The notes under the pieces were generated by a model. It did no database searches. It had not been told where the DNA came from and saw only the letters and a list, made by a program, of their open reading frames with translations. DNA of 64,000 nucleotides from a bacterium (GTDB lineage Bacteria; Patescibacteriota; Minisyncoccia; UBA6257; Colwellbacteraceae): positions 39,063 to 103,062 of the forward strand of contig JAJYME010000004.1 of NCBI GenBank assembly GCA_021787205.1, given 5' to 3'. Of this stretch, positions 17,330 through 26,693 are shown in pieces (positions within the stretch are counted from its first letter, which is position 1; the number at the start of each line of letters is the position of its first letter). The position numbers and the translations under genes are program-made.

Positions 17330-17806
17330 ATGAAATTATCAGACTTCTACAAGTTGGCGGCAGCTATCATAGTTTCGGAAATGGCAGGGATCATCGGATC
17401 AGCCTTTACTTTTCCGGCGATAGGTAGTTGGTACGCCGGACTTGTAAGACCGAGGATCGCCCCGCCAAATTGGTTGTTTGGCCCGGTATGGACCGCTCTT
17501 TTTCTGCTGATGGGCATTGCCGCTTTCTTGGTTTGGAGGAAAGGACTTGGAAATAAGGAGGTAAGATCGGCTCTTTTCCTCTTTGGAGTCCAGTTAGTTC
17601 TCAACGCCTTGTGGTCATTCATATTCTTTGGAGCGCATTCCTTAGGGGGAGCCTTTATCGAATTGGTCGTCCTTTGGATCGCGATTGCGGCAACGATGGC
17701 GGCTTTTTCAAGAGTCTCCAAGGCGGCGACCTGGCTCATGGTTCCCTACATTTTATGGGTCACATTCGCGGGCTTCCTAAACTTCCTGTTCTGGGTATTA
17801 AATTAG
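17330..17806 (+). CDS. TspO/MBR (tryptophan-rich sensory protein) family membrane protein
   Basis: The conserved segments PPNWLFGPVWTALF and LFLFGVQLVLNALWSFIFFG are present across five TM helices. Confidence 0.8.
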   Translation: MKLSDFYKLAAAIIVSEMAGIIGSAFTFPAIGSWYAGLVRPRIAPPNWLFGPVWTALFLLMGIAAFLVWRKGLGNKEVRSALFLFGVQLVLNALWSFIFFGAHSLGGAFIELVVLWIAIAATMAAFSRVSKAATWLMVPYILWVTFAGFLNFLFWVLN

Positions 17807-17852
17807 TCACCGGATATGTTAGAATAAAGGAAAGGTCATAAATTATTAAGGA

Positions 17853-18059
17853 ATGCTAAAAGATCATAATCACGATTTGGTTCACCAGCTTTCCGAGACA
17901 TCCGACAGTATCTGGAGGATGGAAGAGTATTTAAAAAATGCCGACGGATGCGAGAGCTGCCAAGCGCTCTGGAATGAGATAAAGAACGATTGCGAAAAAC
18001 ACGCCGAGCTCTTAAAGGGAGAAATCGCAAGACATGTCAGCGAGAACAGATTCGAATAA
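17853..18059 (+). CDS. Small hypothetical protein (68 aa) with a CxxC pair
   Basis: It is an ORF only; the sequence contains CESCQALWNEIKNDC. Confidence 0.3.
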   Translation: MLKDHNHDLVHQLSETSDSIWRMEEYLKNADGCESCQALWNEIKNDCEKHAELLKGEIARHVSENRFE

Positions 18060-18151
18060 TTTGTCCTCGCGCACCTCTTAAGATATAATGAAAGAAGAGG
18101 GAATTAATACTATCCCCGCGTCTATAAACAAAGGTCGTATTTTAAAATCTT

Positions 18152-18358
18152 ATGAAGATATTAAATTGGTTAGCCCTTGTCCTTGTAATCGTCGGCGGAT
18201 TGAATTGGGGGTTGGTTGGATTCTTAAACTTTGATTTAGTGGCCATGATTTTCGGGACAATGACATTCCTTTCAAGAGCGGTTTATTCGCTCGTTGGGTT
18301 GAGCGCCTTATATATGCTTTTCGGCCTGACAAAGGTTAAGGAAGGAAATTGGTTATAA
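18152..18358 (+). CDS. DUF378-family small membrane protein
   Basis: LVLVIVGGLNWGLVGF matches the DUF378 signature; there are two TM helices. Confidence 0.6.
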   Translation: MKILNWLALVLVIVGGLNWGLVGFLNFDLVAMIFGTMTFLSRAVYSLVGLSALYMLFGLTKVKEGNWL

Positions 18359-18361
18359 GTT

Positions 18362-18392
18362 AAAAAGAGGCAAAAGCCTCTTTTTTGTTTTT
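18362..18392 (+). terminator. Rho-independent terminator
   Basis: AAAAAGAGGC AAAA GCCTCTTTTTTGTTTTTC. Confidence 0.6.
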
Positions 18393-18412
18393 CTTGCCGA
18401 ACCCAATCGTGA

Positions 18413-18418
18413 TATAAT
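18413..18418 (+). promoter_or_regulatory. -10 element (GTGATATAAT) upstream of the P-type ATPase gene
   Basis: cgtgatataatttgccaaATG; only 7 nt separate the -10 from the ATG, so the leader is very short. Confidence 0.4.
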
Positions 18419-18425
18419 TTGCCAA

Positions 18426-20693
18426 ATGGAGAACGGAATTAAACACTTGAGTTCTGAGGAGGCAAAGAAAAAGTTGGATTTCTACGGTCCCAATATTTTG
18501 GAGGAAGAGAAGGTGTCCTTATTTATAAAAGTATTAAAATGGCTAGTTTCACCAATTTCGCTCATGCTTATAGCCGCCGCTGCTCTTTCTGAATTTTCAG
18601 GGAAAGATTTTGACTTCTACACCATTGTTTTTCTACTCTTTTTAAATTTTTTCATAACCTACTGGCAGGAAAAGAAGGCGGATACGGCAATAAGGCAATT
18701 GAAACAACGATTGATTACCACAGTTAATGTCCTAAGAGACGGTGATTGGGTTAAGTTAGATTCAAGATATTTGGTACCGGGCGACGCGATAAAGCTCTTT
18801 ATAGGAAACGTAATTCCTGCGGACCTAATCATTGATCAGGCAGATAATTTGATGGTCAACGAATCGACGATAACGGGAGAATCCCTGCCAAAATCAAAGG
18901 GTGCTGGCGAAACTCTTTATTCGGGATCGATTATTGTTACTGGCCGCGTGGTAGCGACAGTCCAATCTACTGGCAGCAAGACATATTTTGGTAAGACCCT
19001 CTCCTCGGTGGAAAGGGTTAAAAAAACCAGCATCCTGGAACAAGACATATTGAGTATTTCAAAGTACCTCTCGATTTTAAGTCTGGTCTGCATTTCAATC
19101 CTGACAATCCTTTTCTTGCTCGCAAAACAGCCGCTGATAGAGATCATGACTCTTGACCTTAGTCTTTTGATAGCCGGAATTCCAATTTCTTTGCCGACGG
19201 TCATGACGCTTATAATAAGTTTCGGAGTCTTGGAGTTGGCAAAAAAGAACGCTATCGTGAGGCGCATCTCGTCATTGGAGGATTTGGCTAATGTAGACAT
19301 CGTCTTAAGCGATAAGACCGGAACTTTAACCAAAAATAAACTTTCAGTCCAGCAAATAATCGGTTATAAGAAAACACCTGATGAGGTTTTGACTTATGCC
19401 TATCTGTCTGCTTACAATGATGCTGACAACCCAATAAGCGCCGCAGTCATTGATAAGTTTGAGAAGTCGGGAATCAGATTGCCAAATGATATCGTTTTTG
19501 GTGACATGGTGCCGGCAGATGGAAACAATAAGAGATCGACCACCGCGGTGACGGTCAATGGAAATAAAAAGGTATTGGCCTTCGGGGCTCCCCAAGTGGT
19601 GGGCGCCCTATGCGAGGAGGGGGGAGATCTTATAGACAAAGACATTGTCAGATCGGCGTCAAAAGGGTGGCGCATGCTTGGAGTCGCTTTAAAGGAAAAC
19701 GAAAAATGGATTTTGGCTGGAAGCTTGGCTATAGCTGATGATTTATGGGAAGATTCGGGTGAGGTGGTATCCTTTTTGCGCGAACAAGGAGTAGCGGTAA
19801 AAATGGTCACCGGCGACAATCGGGCCATTGCCCAATATATAGGAGAGAAATTGGGAATTGAATCTGAAAATGTCTACTACGAGGTTTTTCCTGAAGATAA
19901 GTACAAACTTGTCTTAAGGGAAAAAGAGGGCCATCACATCGTAGCTTCTACCGGAGACGGAATAAATGACCTGCCCGCTCTTAAGGCCGCCAATGTCGGA
20001 GTTGCAGTTCAAAATGCCGTGGACGCCCTGAAGGGAGCCGCCGATATAGTTCTTCTATCGCCCGGATTGGCTGTCATTAAAGATGCCATAATAGAGTCGA
20101 GAAAAATATTTCAGAGACTCTATAACTATTCTATTTACAGAGTTTCGGAAAGTTTCAGATTAATTCTTTCAATATTCGCGCTGGGGCTGATTGTCGGAGC
20201 CTATCCTTTAACTCCAGTCCAGTTGATAATACTGGCGCTGTTAAACGATATCCCAATTATCTCCCTGGCTTTTGACCGGGTGAAAATAACGAATAAGCCA
20301 TCAAGGATACAAGTACTAAGAAGGTTTATCATAAGTAGTAGTTACGGATTGATTGGAGTTGCAAACAGCGTCGCTTTTTTCTTATTGGCTGTCTACGTTT
20401 TTCATATTTCAACACCTATCGTCATGACTCTATTTTTCTTGAAATTGACGATAGGCGGGCATATGTTGATATACGTGGCCCATACAGAAGAAAAATGGTG
20501 GAGGTTCCTTCCAAGTAAGCAGGTAATCTTTGCAACGACGGTTACTCAAGCCATTGCGACAATTCTGGCCCTGATGGGTATTTTTATGGAGAAAGCGCCT
20601 TGGCAACTGGTCTTCTTTGTATGGGTTTGGGCGTTTTTCTGGATGCAGGTTTCCGAGCTATTCAAATTAATTTTCACCAAAGATGGGAAATAA
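18426..20693 (+). CDS. Cation-transporting P-type ATPase (P3A/P2-like, H+/Mg2+ type)
   Basis: DKTGTLT, TGDN and GDGINDLPALK are present across roughly 10 TM helices. Confidence 0.8.
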   Translation: MENGIKHLSSEEAKKKLDFYGPNILEEEKVSLFIKVLKWLVSPISLMLIAAAALSEFSGKDFDFYTIVFLLFLNFFITYWQEKKADTAIRQLKQRLITTVNVLRDGDWVKLDSRYLVPGDAIKLFIGNVIPADLIIDQADNLMVNESTITGESLPKSKGAGETLYSGSIIVTGRVVATVQSTGSKTYFGKTLSSVERVKKTSILEQDILSISKYLSILSLVCISILTILFLLAKQPLIEIMTLDLSLLIAGIPISLPTVMTLIISFGVLELAKKNAIVRRISSLEDLANVDIVLSDKTGTLTKNKLSVQQIIGYKKTPDEVLTYAYLSAYNDADNPISAAVIDKFEKSGIRLPNDIVFGDMVPADGNNKRSTTAVTVNGNKKVLAFGAPQVVGALCEEGGDLIDKDIVRSASKGWRMLGVALKENEKWILAGSLAIADDLWEDSGEVVSFLREQGVAVKMVTGDNRAIAQYIGEKLGIESENVYYEVFPEDKYKLVLREKEGHHIVASTGDGINDLPALKAANVGVAVQNAVDALKGAADIVLLSPGLAVIKDAIIESRKIFQRLYNYSIYRVSESFRLILSIFALGLIVGAYPLTPVQLIILALLNDIPIISLAFDRVKITNKPSRIQVLRRFIISSSYGLIGVANSVAFFLLAVYVFHISTPIVMTLFFLKLTIGGHMLIYVAHTEEKWWRFLPSKQVIFATTVTQAIATILALMGIFMEKAPWQLVFFVWVWAFFWMQVSELFKLIFTKDGK

Positions 20694-20775
20694 GAGCAAA
20701 GCCTTCGTTAATTGACGCTACTTGTTTTTTGTTGTACAAATCAGTTAGAAATCTTTAAGAAGGAGGAATTCTCTT

Positions 20776-21341
20776 TGAGCGTAACGTTAAGACGAGAAGA
20801 AGGTGCCGAGACGATAGTGAGATGCTTTTTGGAGGCATCCATTTACGGAAACTGTTATCCGTTCGCGATTGCGATGCACAGAGGTCTTGGCTGGCAGATA
20901 ATCGGTCTATTCAGGGAGCAGAAGATAATCCATGCGGGCGTGAAGTCTCCGGAGGGAAAAATCTGGGACGGCCGCGGCGAGATATCCGAATTTCAGTTCA
21001 CGGAGCCATTTCTGGCTGCTTCTAATATTCCGGCAATCACAGACATAACCGAGAGCGATCTTTTTTCAAGGGATGACGTCAGCGAATATATGATCGAGGA
21101 TTATCTTGAGAAAGCTCAGATGATTTGGCCAGACCTTCCATGGATGGGCCAAACCATAAGGCAGCAGGTAACAGCCTTTGCCGAGGAGCTGGAAGCGCTT
21201 AGTCGGAAATACAAGCTTTGGGTGTGCGCTCCATTGCTTGGAATGACGCCGGTTCTCTTTAGGGGACAAGGCGATGAAAAAGGCTATGGAATCTCGGTGA
21301 CCGGAGATGGAGTCACTTACACCATAAACAGGGAACTCTGA
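20776..21341 (+). CDS. Hypothetical cytoplasmic protein (TTG start with a perfect SD)
   Basis: AAGAAGGAGGAA lies 7 nt upstream of the TTG at 20776; the ORF-track start at 20712 has no RBS. No family was recognised. Confidence 0.45.
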
Positions 21342-21344
21342 TCC

Positions 21345-21376
21345 CGACCCCGATTTTTTCGGGGTCTTTTTTTTGC
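21345..21376 (+). terminator. Rho-independent terminator
   Basis: GACCCCGA TTTTTT CGGGGTC TTTTTTTTGC. Confidence 0.6.
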
Positions 21377-21489
21377 ATTTTTCAAAAGAATAAAAAGTTG
21401 GTCGGATATCAGAACCGGGCTATTTTTTCGGATCAGAATCGTCGCGTCCGGGTATCTTTAAAAACGACAGTTGTGATATAATCAATCCA

Positions 21490-22095
21490 ATGAAAACTTC
21501 ACGTAAGGTTAAGAAGAATCCAGCTTTGCGAAGCGTTCTTTTAATCATTCCCTGGCTGATCATTATAATAGCTTTCGCGGCTCTGGGGGTAAAAGCGATG
21601 GATCCGGCAATCGTAACCATCCTGATGTTCTCCTTTACCGCCATGTATTTTGTGACAATCCTTTTGATAGAGGAAGACAAGATGAATGATAGGGCGATCG
21701 CCGCCATTTTCAGTTTCGTTGTCGTTATTGGGTTGGGGTTGTGGCAGATAAACAACATCAACAGGGAAGCGGATGTCAAAATGATCCAGATGGAAGATAG
21801 GCTCAACCAGGAAATAACCGATTCGCGCAAATCAACAACCAATCCTATACAATACATTGAATACAAGTGCCTTAAGGGAAAACACCTATCCGGTCTTTTT
21901 TATGAGAACAGCGCGACCGTGACCTTGTCTGACTCGAGAATCTTCAACCTCCAGAGAACGGTATCGGCCGATGGCCAACGTTTTGCAAGTGAGAATGATA
22001 AGACAGTCTTTTGGATCAAAGGAGAAACTGCCAGGTTTGACGAAGGCAGCAAGACTGTTTATGAGGGTTGTGAGATAATAAAAGGACAGCAATAA
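21490..22095 (+). CDS. Membrane-anchored protein with a C-terminal MliC-like (lysozyme-inhibitor family) domain
   Basis: Two N-terminal TM helices precede the C-terminal region C...ATVTL...RTVSADGQRFAS...FWIKGETARF...C. This resembles the MliC pattern (SASGARY ... W.KGDEA ... C) as I recall it. Confidence 0.45.
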   Translation: MKTSRKVKKNPALRSVLLIIPWLIIIIAFAALGVKAMDPAIVTILMFSFTAMYFVTILLIEEDKMNDRAIAAIFSFVVVIGLGLWQINNINREADVKMIQMEDRLNQEITDSRKSTTNPIQYIEYKCLKGKHLSGLFYENSATVTLSDSRIFNLQRTVSADGQRFASENDKTVFWIKGETARFDEGSKTVYEGCEIIKGQQ

Positions 22096-22121
22096 AAAAA
22101 CACCAACAAGGGTGTTTTTTT
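22094..22121. terminator. Bidirectional terminator between convergent genes
   Basis: AAAAAAACACC AACAA GGGTGTTTTTTT. Confidence 0.6.
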
Positions 22122-22126
22122 ATTGC

Positions 22127-23971
22127 TTAAATCAATCGGCGTTTTATAAGAGAGGATATTCTTAGAGAATTCACCAGAGGAAAGAGGTCCGAAATGAGAT
22201 TGTAGGCGGCAGCCCCAGTCGGTCCGATGATTCCAGCGAAGACGAGGATAAGGCCAAGGACGTTCGAGATTCCCCAAATCCAAAAGTCCTGAACGGAAAT
22301 CTGTTTGGCGATCCTCCCGATCCTGATTGATTCGGGGATGGTGGATAAATCATCATTCATCAAGACTATCTGGGCAGAATCGATTGTCCCTTCCATACCT
22401 CTTCCACCCATGGCAATCCCGACATTGGCAATAGATAGAGCGGCCGCATCGTTTATCCCATCGCCAACCATGGCAACCGAACTTTCTCTTTCTAACTCTT
22501 TGATAATCTCAACTTTGTTTTCCGGAAAGAGATTAGCTCGCCATTCGTCGATACCCGATTTTTCAGCAATTAGCTTGGCCGTCTGAGGATTGTCTCCGGT
22601 TAGCATAATGATTTTTCCGATCCCTAGCGAATGGAGGTCAGAAACGGCGTCGGGGGTATTGCTTTTAACTTCGTCAGCGGCCGAGACGAATCCGACGACG
22701 AGGTTGTTTTTGGTAACGAAGGAGACGCTTCGTCCGGAAGCTCTTGCTTCTTCCGCTGCATTTTTCAGACCTGGCGGAATCTCGATCCCTTTCTCTTCGG
22801 CCAGGATTTGTTTGCCAAAGATGATCTGATCTTTCCCGTGTCTGGCAATCACACCTTTTCCACCCATTTCATCAACCGTTTCCGGGATTGGCCACGAGAC
22901 CTTCTCTTCTGTGGCTCGGGCTATGATCGCTTTGGCGATGGGGTGGTTCGACTTAACGCTTCCGATCGCGGCCGTCTCGAGAACATCTTTCTTGGAGAAA
23001 GAGGGTCCGGGGGTTATCTCTGTCACGACCAGCGTCCCGGTTGTCAGCGTTCCAGTCTTATCAAAGACAACCGTATCAACCTTAGCTAGCATTTCCAAGT
23101 GTCTGGCGCTTTTGATGATGATCCCAAGGCTGGAGGCCTTACGAATTGCTTCCAGGTAGGCGAGGGGAATAGCAACTGCGATATCATCGGCGCAGACTAC
23201 CAGGACTATCGCTAAGACGAATTGCAGGTTTCTGGTTATAAGATAAAGGACGGCGGAAATGAATAATATGGAGATAAGATATATCTTTCCAAATTTCTCT
23301 CCCATTGTCTGGACGCTCGGTTTCTGGTTTCTGGCGGACTCAATAAGGCTTATTATCTTTTCCAGAGTGGTGTCTTTGCCGATCCTGGTCGTTCTGACTC
23401 GGATATTGCCTGACTTTATCAAGGTCGAGCTTAAGACGAGATCGCCCTTATTCTTATCAACGGGCAATGATTCGCCGGTGATAGATGATTCATCAACGGC
23501 GGCACCGCCTGAAATAATAATGCCATCAATCGGTATTCTTTCTTCAATTCCGATGATGATTATGTCTCCGATCCTTATTTTCTCAATAGGAGTTTTGACG
23601 AGAGCACCGTTATTCTCGACTAGGGCGATATTGGGTCGGAGCTTCAGGAGACTCTTTATATTTTTTTGAGTCCGATCCTTTGTCACTTCTTCCAGAATCC
23701 TGGCGGCGGCAAGCATTAATTCGATGAAGACCGCGGAAGCCCATTCCCGATTAAGGAGGGCAAAAAAGAGAGCAACCGAAGCCAGAAGGCTCATTGATTG
23801 CCAATCCTTATGACGAAAGGCTTGATAAGCATCCCAAGCAACTGGGGAGAATCCAACGAGGGAGATAGCAACGAGGAGGGTATTGCTGACTAAGCCAGCA
23901 TAGTGAAGAGCCAAGGTACCTATCAAAATCGCGGTAAGGATGATATCTAACCGGCGCTTAAAGGCATTCAT
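22127..23971 (-). CDS. P1B-like (heavy-metal type) P-type ATPase lacking the canonical CPC motif and any N-terminal metal-binding domain
   Basis: DKTGTLT, GDGINDAAAL and TGDN are present, with P1B-like topology. TM6 reads VLVVCADDIAV where CPC/CPx is expected. Confidence 0.7.
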   Translation of the reverse strand: MNAFKRRLDIILTAILIGTLALHYAGLVSNTLLVAISLVGFSPVAWDAYQAFRHKDWQSMSLLASVALFFALLNREWASAVFIELMLAAARILEEVTKDRTQKNIKSLLKLRPNIALVENNGALVKTPIEKIRIGDIIIIGIEERIPIDGIIISGGAAVDESSITGESLPVDKNKGDLVLSSTLIKSGNIRVRTTRIGKDTTLEKIISLIESARNQKPSVQTMGEKFGKIYLISILFISAVLYLITRNLQFVLAIVLVVCADDIAVAIPLAYLEAIRKASSLGIIIKSARHLEMLAKVDTVVFDKTGTLTTGTLVVTEITPGPSFSKKDVLETAAIGSVKSNHPIAKAIIARATEEKVSWPIPETVDEMGGKGVIARHGKDQIIFGKQILAEEKGIEIPPGLKNAAEEARASGRSVSFVTKNNLVVGFVSAADEVKSNTPDAVSDLHSLGIGKIIMLTGDNPQTAKLIAEKSGIDEWRANLFPENKVEIIKELERESSVAMVGDGINDAAALSIANVGIAMGGRGMEGTIDSAQIVLMNDDLSTIPESIRIGRIAKQISVQDFWIWGISNVLGLILVFAGIIGPTGAAAYNLISDLFPLVNSLRISSLIKRRLI

Positions 23972-24094
23972 GGCTTTATTTTAACATAAAAGACCGAGTC
24001 TGTATTGAAGCTGAAAGCGGACGACTGGTTTGACACTCACTTTCGAGAAAGATATGATTATAAAAATAACCTCCCGGGTAGGTATCCCAAAACA

Positions 24095-24532
24095 ATGAAG
24101 AATAACGCAATAAAAAAAATCTTTTCATCTTTTTTGATCGGGTTAATGTTGATTATCAACGGTTTTTGCGTTTTTCAATTTGTCTTCTCGGGAGTATCGG
24201 TTGTCGAGGAAGCCCAGGCGGCGACCATCGAAGCCGCCCCTCAGCCAGCCAACGCTTGCGGGAGAATAAAAGACGAAGGAAATGACCACTCCAATCATCT
24301 AATGATGAGCGAGGCCGGTGAGGCCACTTCGCATTTTTCTTGTTGCGTTGACGGATCACATAGGAACGTCCTGGATGCTGTCAACTTTGCTGAGTTCTTT
24401 CACCAAGTGGCACCGGTAACACTAATTGCCTCGGAGCAGCTTTCTCTAGATCTTGAGGCGAGCCCTATTGTTGGCCAGAGCTTACCAGCCCCCAATCTCT
24501 CGATAGTCAAGACAACGGTGCTGCGCAGATAA
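24095..24532 (+). CDS. Hypothetical membrane-anchored protein
   Basis: The internal ATG start gives MKNNAIKKIFSSFLIGLMLIING (a TM segment). Downstream is a Cys/His-containing soluble region (HFSCCVDGSH). Confidence 0.4.
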   Translation: MKNNAIKKIFSSFLIGLMLIINGFCVFQFVFSGVSVVEEAQAATIEAAPQPANACGRIKDEGNDHSNHLMMSEAGEATSHFSCCVDGSHRNVLDAVNFAEFFHQVAPVTLIASEQLSLDLEASPIVGQSLPAPNLSIVKTTVLRR

Positions 24533-24619
24533 AGTTTAAAATTTGTAGATATAATCCCAGAGCAGCAAATCAATGTTGTGTTTTTGCTGTTCTTTAGAAA
24601 ACAAATATTTAAATTATTT

Positions 24620-26470
24620 ATGTCAAAAAAAATTATAAAAGTGCCGATAAAAGGCATGCATTGCAGATCTTGTGAACTTTTAATCGAGGAAAAAATAAGA
24701 CCGATAAAACGCGTTGTCGATGTCAAAGTCGACCATATGAAGGGGGAGGCAGAAATCTTTTACAAAGAAAACAGCCCCGCTCCCGATATGAAATCAATAA
24801 AAGAAGCCGTAGTCGAAGCCGGTTACGAAATCGGGGTGGCGGAAGAGCTTCCCTTTATTACCAGAAACAAACAGGAATATATCAATCTCGGGATAGCCTT
24901 CTTGGTCTTGATGATCATATACCTGATCCTGAAGACTACCGGTTTGACGGATATAAACCTTAATCCGAGCACTGGAAATCCCGGATGGGGCTTGATGATT
25001 TTGATAGGCCTGGTGGCTGGGTTTTCAACTTGTATGGCGCTTATCGGCGGATTGCTGCTGGGAGTCTCGGCAAAATATGCCGAGAGCCATCCGGAAGCGA
25101 CTCCGGCCCAAAAGTTCCGCCCCCACATATTCTTTGTGATAGGAAGGGTGCTCTCGTACGCATTCTTTGGCGGGCTGTTAGGACTATTAGGAACAGCCTT
25201 TAAAGTCTCTTCGACCATGAATGGAATCATTACCATTGCTGTCGGAGGAGTAATGTTGCTTATGGGCTTACAGCTTATCAATATCTTCCCACGATTGAAT
25301 AAGGTAAAGATAACCTTGCCGAAGGGTGTGGCGCGAAAACTCGGAATAAACCAGAAGGATGGAGAGTATAGTCATAGAAACTCGATCCTAATGGGAGCAA
25401 TGACATTCTTCCTGCCTTGCGGTTTTACTCAAGCGATGCAGCTTTATGCGATAAGCACCGGAAACTTCTTCGCGGGAGCGATGACTATGGGGCTGTTCGC
25501 CTTAGGAACGGCGCCCGGTCTCCTGAGTATCGGGGGAGTCACCTCAGTCGTTCAGGGCAAATTCAAGGAGAGATTCTTCAAGACCGCTGGTTTAGCCGTC
25601 CTATTCTTCGGATTATTTAACGTTAGCAACGGTTATAGCTTGGCCAGTATGAGTTTTGGCGGATATTCTTCTGGTGAAGGGAGAGCGGCGGTGATCAATG
25701 ACAAGAACGTAAAATTGGAAAATGGAGTCCAGGTAGTTAGAATGATTGAAGGCACAGCCGGATATTCACCCAATGCTTTTTCCATTAAAAAAGGAGTTCC
25801 GGTCAAATGGATAATCAACGCCCAAAATCCATATTCGTGCGCCAGCTCGATCATACTTCCTAAGCTGGGGATTTCAAAAAATCTTGAGGCGGGAGAAAAT
25901 ATTATCGAGTTTACTCCTGAAGAAACGGGCAGACTGCCATTCTCCTGCTCGATGGGTATGTATAAAGGGGTGTTCAATGTTTATGACGGAGATGGAGGTT
26001 TGGGTAATGCCCAGGGTGAATCGAAGGATGAAACTTTGGCTGATGACAGCGCTGACAACTACACCGCCCCGACCCAGGCGGCGCCGGTGCCATCGGGATC
26101 GTCATCATGTACTATGGGGGGTTGCGGTTGCGGAGGAGGAGCTCAGAATGTCACAAAAGACACCGAAGACACCCAGGCGAAGGTAGAGGACGGCGTCCAG
26201 ACAATTAACAGCACCTATACCTCGAGCAAATATTTGTCACCAAACTCCTTCAGGGTAAAAGCAGGAAAGACGGTGAAGTTTACGATTGACGTCAAGGATG
26301 ATGGAAGGGGCTGCGGATACGCAATAACCGTTCCCGGATTGTACGATAACATCGTCCCCTTGGTTGGCGGCAAGAAAATTGTCATGCAATTCAAGCCGAC
26401 CGCTCCCGGGAAATACGACATTACCTGCGGAATGGGAATGATCCGTTTCGGAACAATCGTTGTCGAATAA
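24620..26470 (+). CDS. Multi-domain metal-handling membrane protein: an N-terminal HMA domain, a DsbD/CcdA-like polytopic core, and two C-terminal cupredoxin-like domains
   Basis: The HMA domain is GMHCRSCELLIEEKI (MxCxxC). The TM core has paired Cys-containing helices (GFSTCMALIGG, FFLPCGFTQAM). Two repeats carry FSCSMGMYKGVFNVY and YDITCGMGMIRFGTIVV. Confidence 0.55.
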   Translation: MSKKIIKVPIKGMHCRSCELLIEEKIRPIKRVVDVKVDHMKGEAEIFYKENSPAPDMKSIKEAVVEAGYEIGVAEELPFITRNKQEYINLGIAFLVLMIIYLILKTTGLTDINLNPSTGNPGWGLMILIGLVAGFSTCMALIGGLLLGVSAKYAESHPEATPAQKFRPHIFFVIGRVLSYAFFGGLLGLLGTAFKVSSTMNGIITIAVGGVMLLMGLQLINIFPRLNKVKITLPKGVARKLGINQKDGEYSHRNSILMGAMTFFLPCGFTQAMQLYAISTGNFFAGAMTMGLFALGTAPGLLSIGGVTSVVQGKFKERFFKTAGLAVLFFGLFNVSNGYSLASMSFGGYSSGEGRAAVINDKNVKLENGVQVVRMIEGTAGYSPNAFSIKKGVPVKWIINAQNPYSCASSIILPKLGISKNLEAGENIIEFTPEETGRLPFSCSMGMYKGVFNVYDGDGGLGNAQGESKDETLADDSADNYTAPTQAAPVPSGSSSCTMGGCGCGGGAQNVTKDTEDTQAKVEDGVQTINSTYTSSKYLSPNSFRVKAGKTVKFTIDVKDDGRGCGYAITVPGLYDNIVPLVGGKKIVMQFKPTAPGKYDITCGMGMIRFGTIVVE

Positions 26471-26484
26471 AATAATCAAAAAAG

Positions 26485-26688
26485 ATGAAAACAAATTATA
26501 AAATAGAAGGATTGACTTGCGGCGCCTGCGTAAAGCTTGCCTCGAACCGCATTAAAAAGATAGCCGGAGTCCAGGAGGTCGATATCGACATCAAATCTGG
26601 AACACTCAGTATCACAAGCGATGGGGAGTTAAGCGTTGAAAGCCTAAACGAGAGTTTGGCTGACACCGAATATAAAGTAAAAAAATAA
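26485..26688 (+). CDS. copZ: Copper chaperone (HMA domain)
   Basis: A 67-aa protein with GLTCGACV (MxCxxC). Confidence 0.8.
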   Translation: MKTNYKIEGLTCGACVKLASNRIKKIAGVQEVDIDIKSGTLSITSDGELSVESLNESLADTEYKVKK

Positions 26689-26693
26689 AAATC

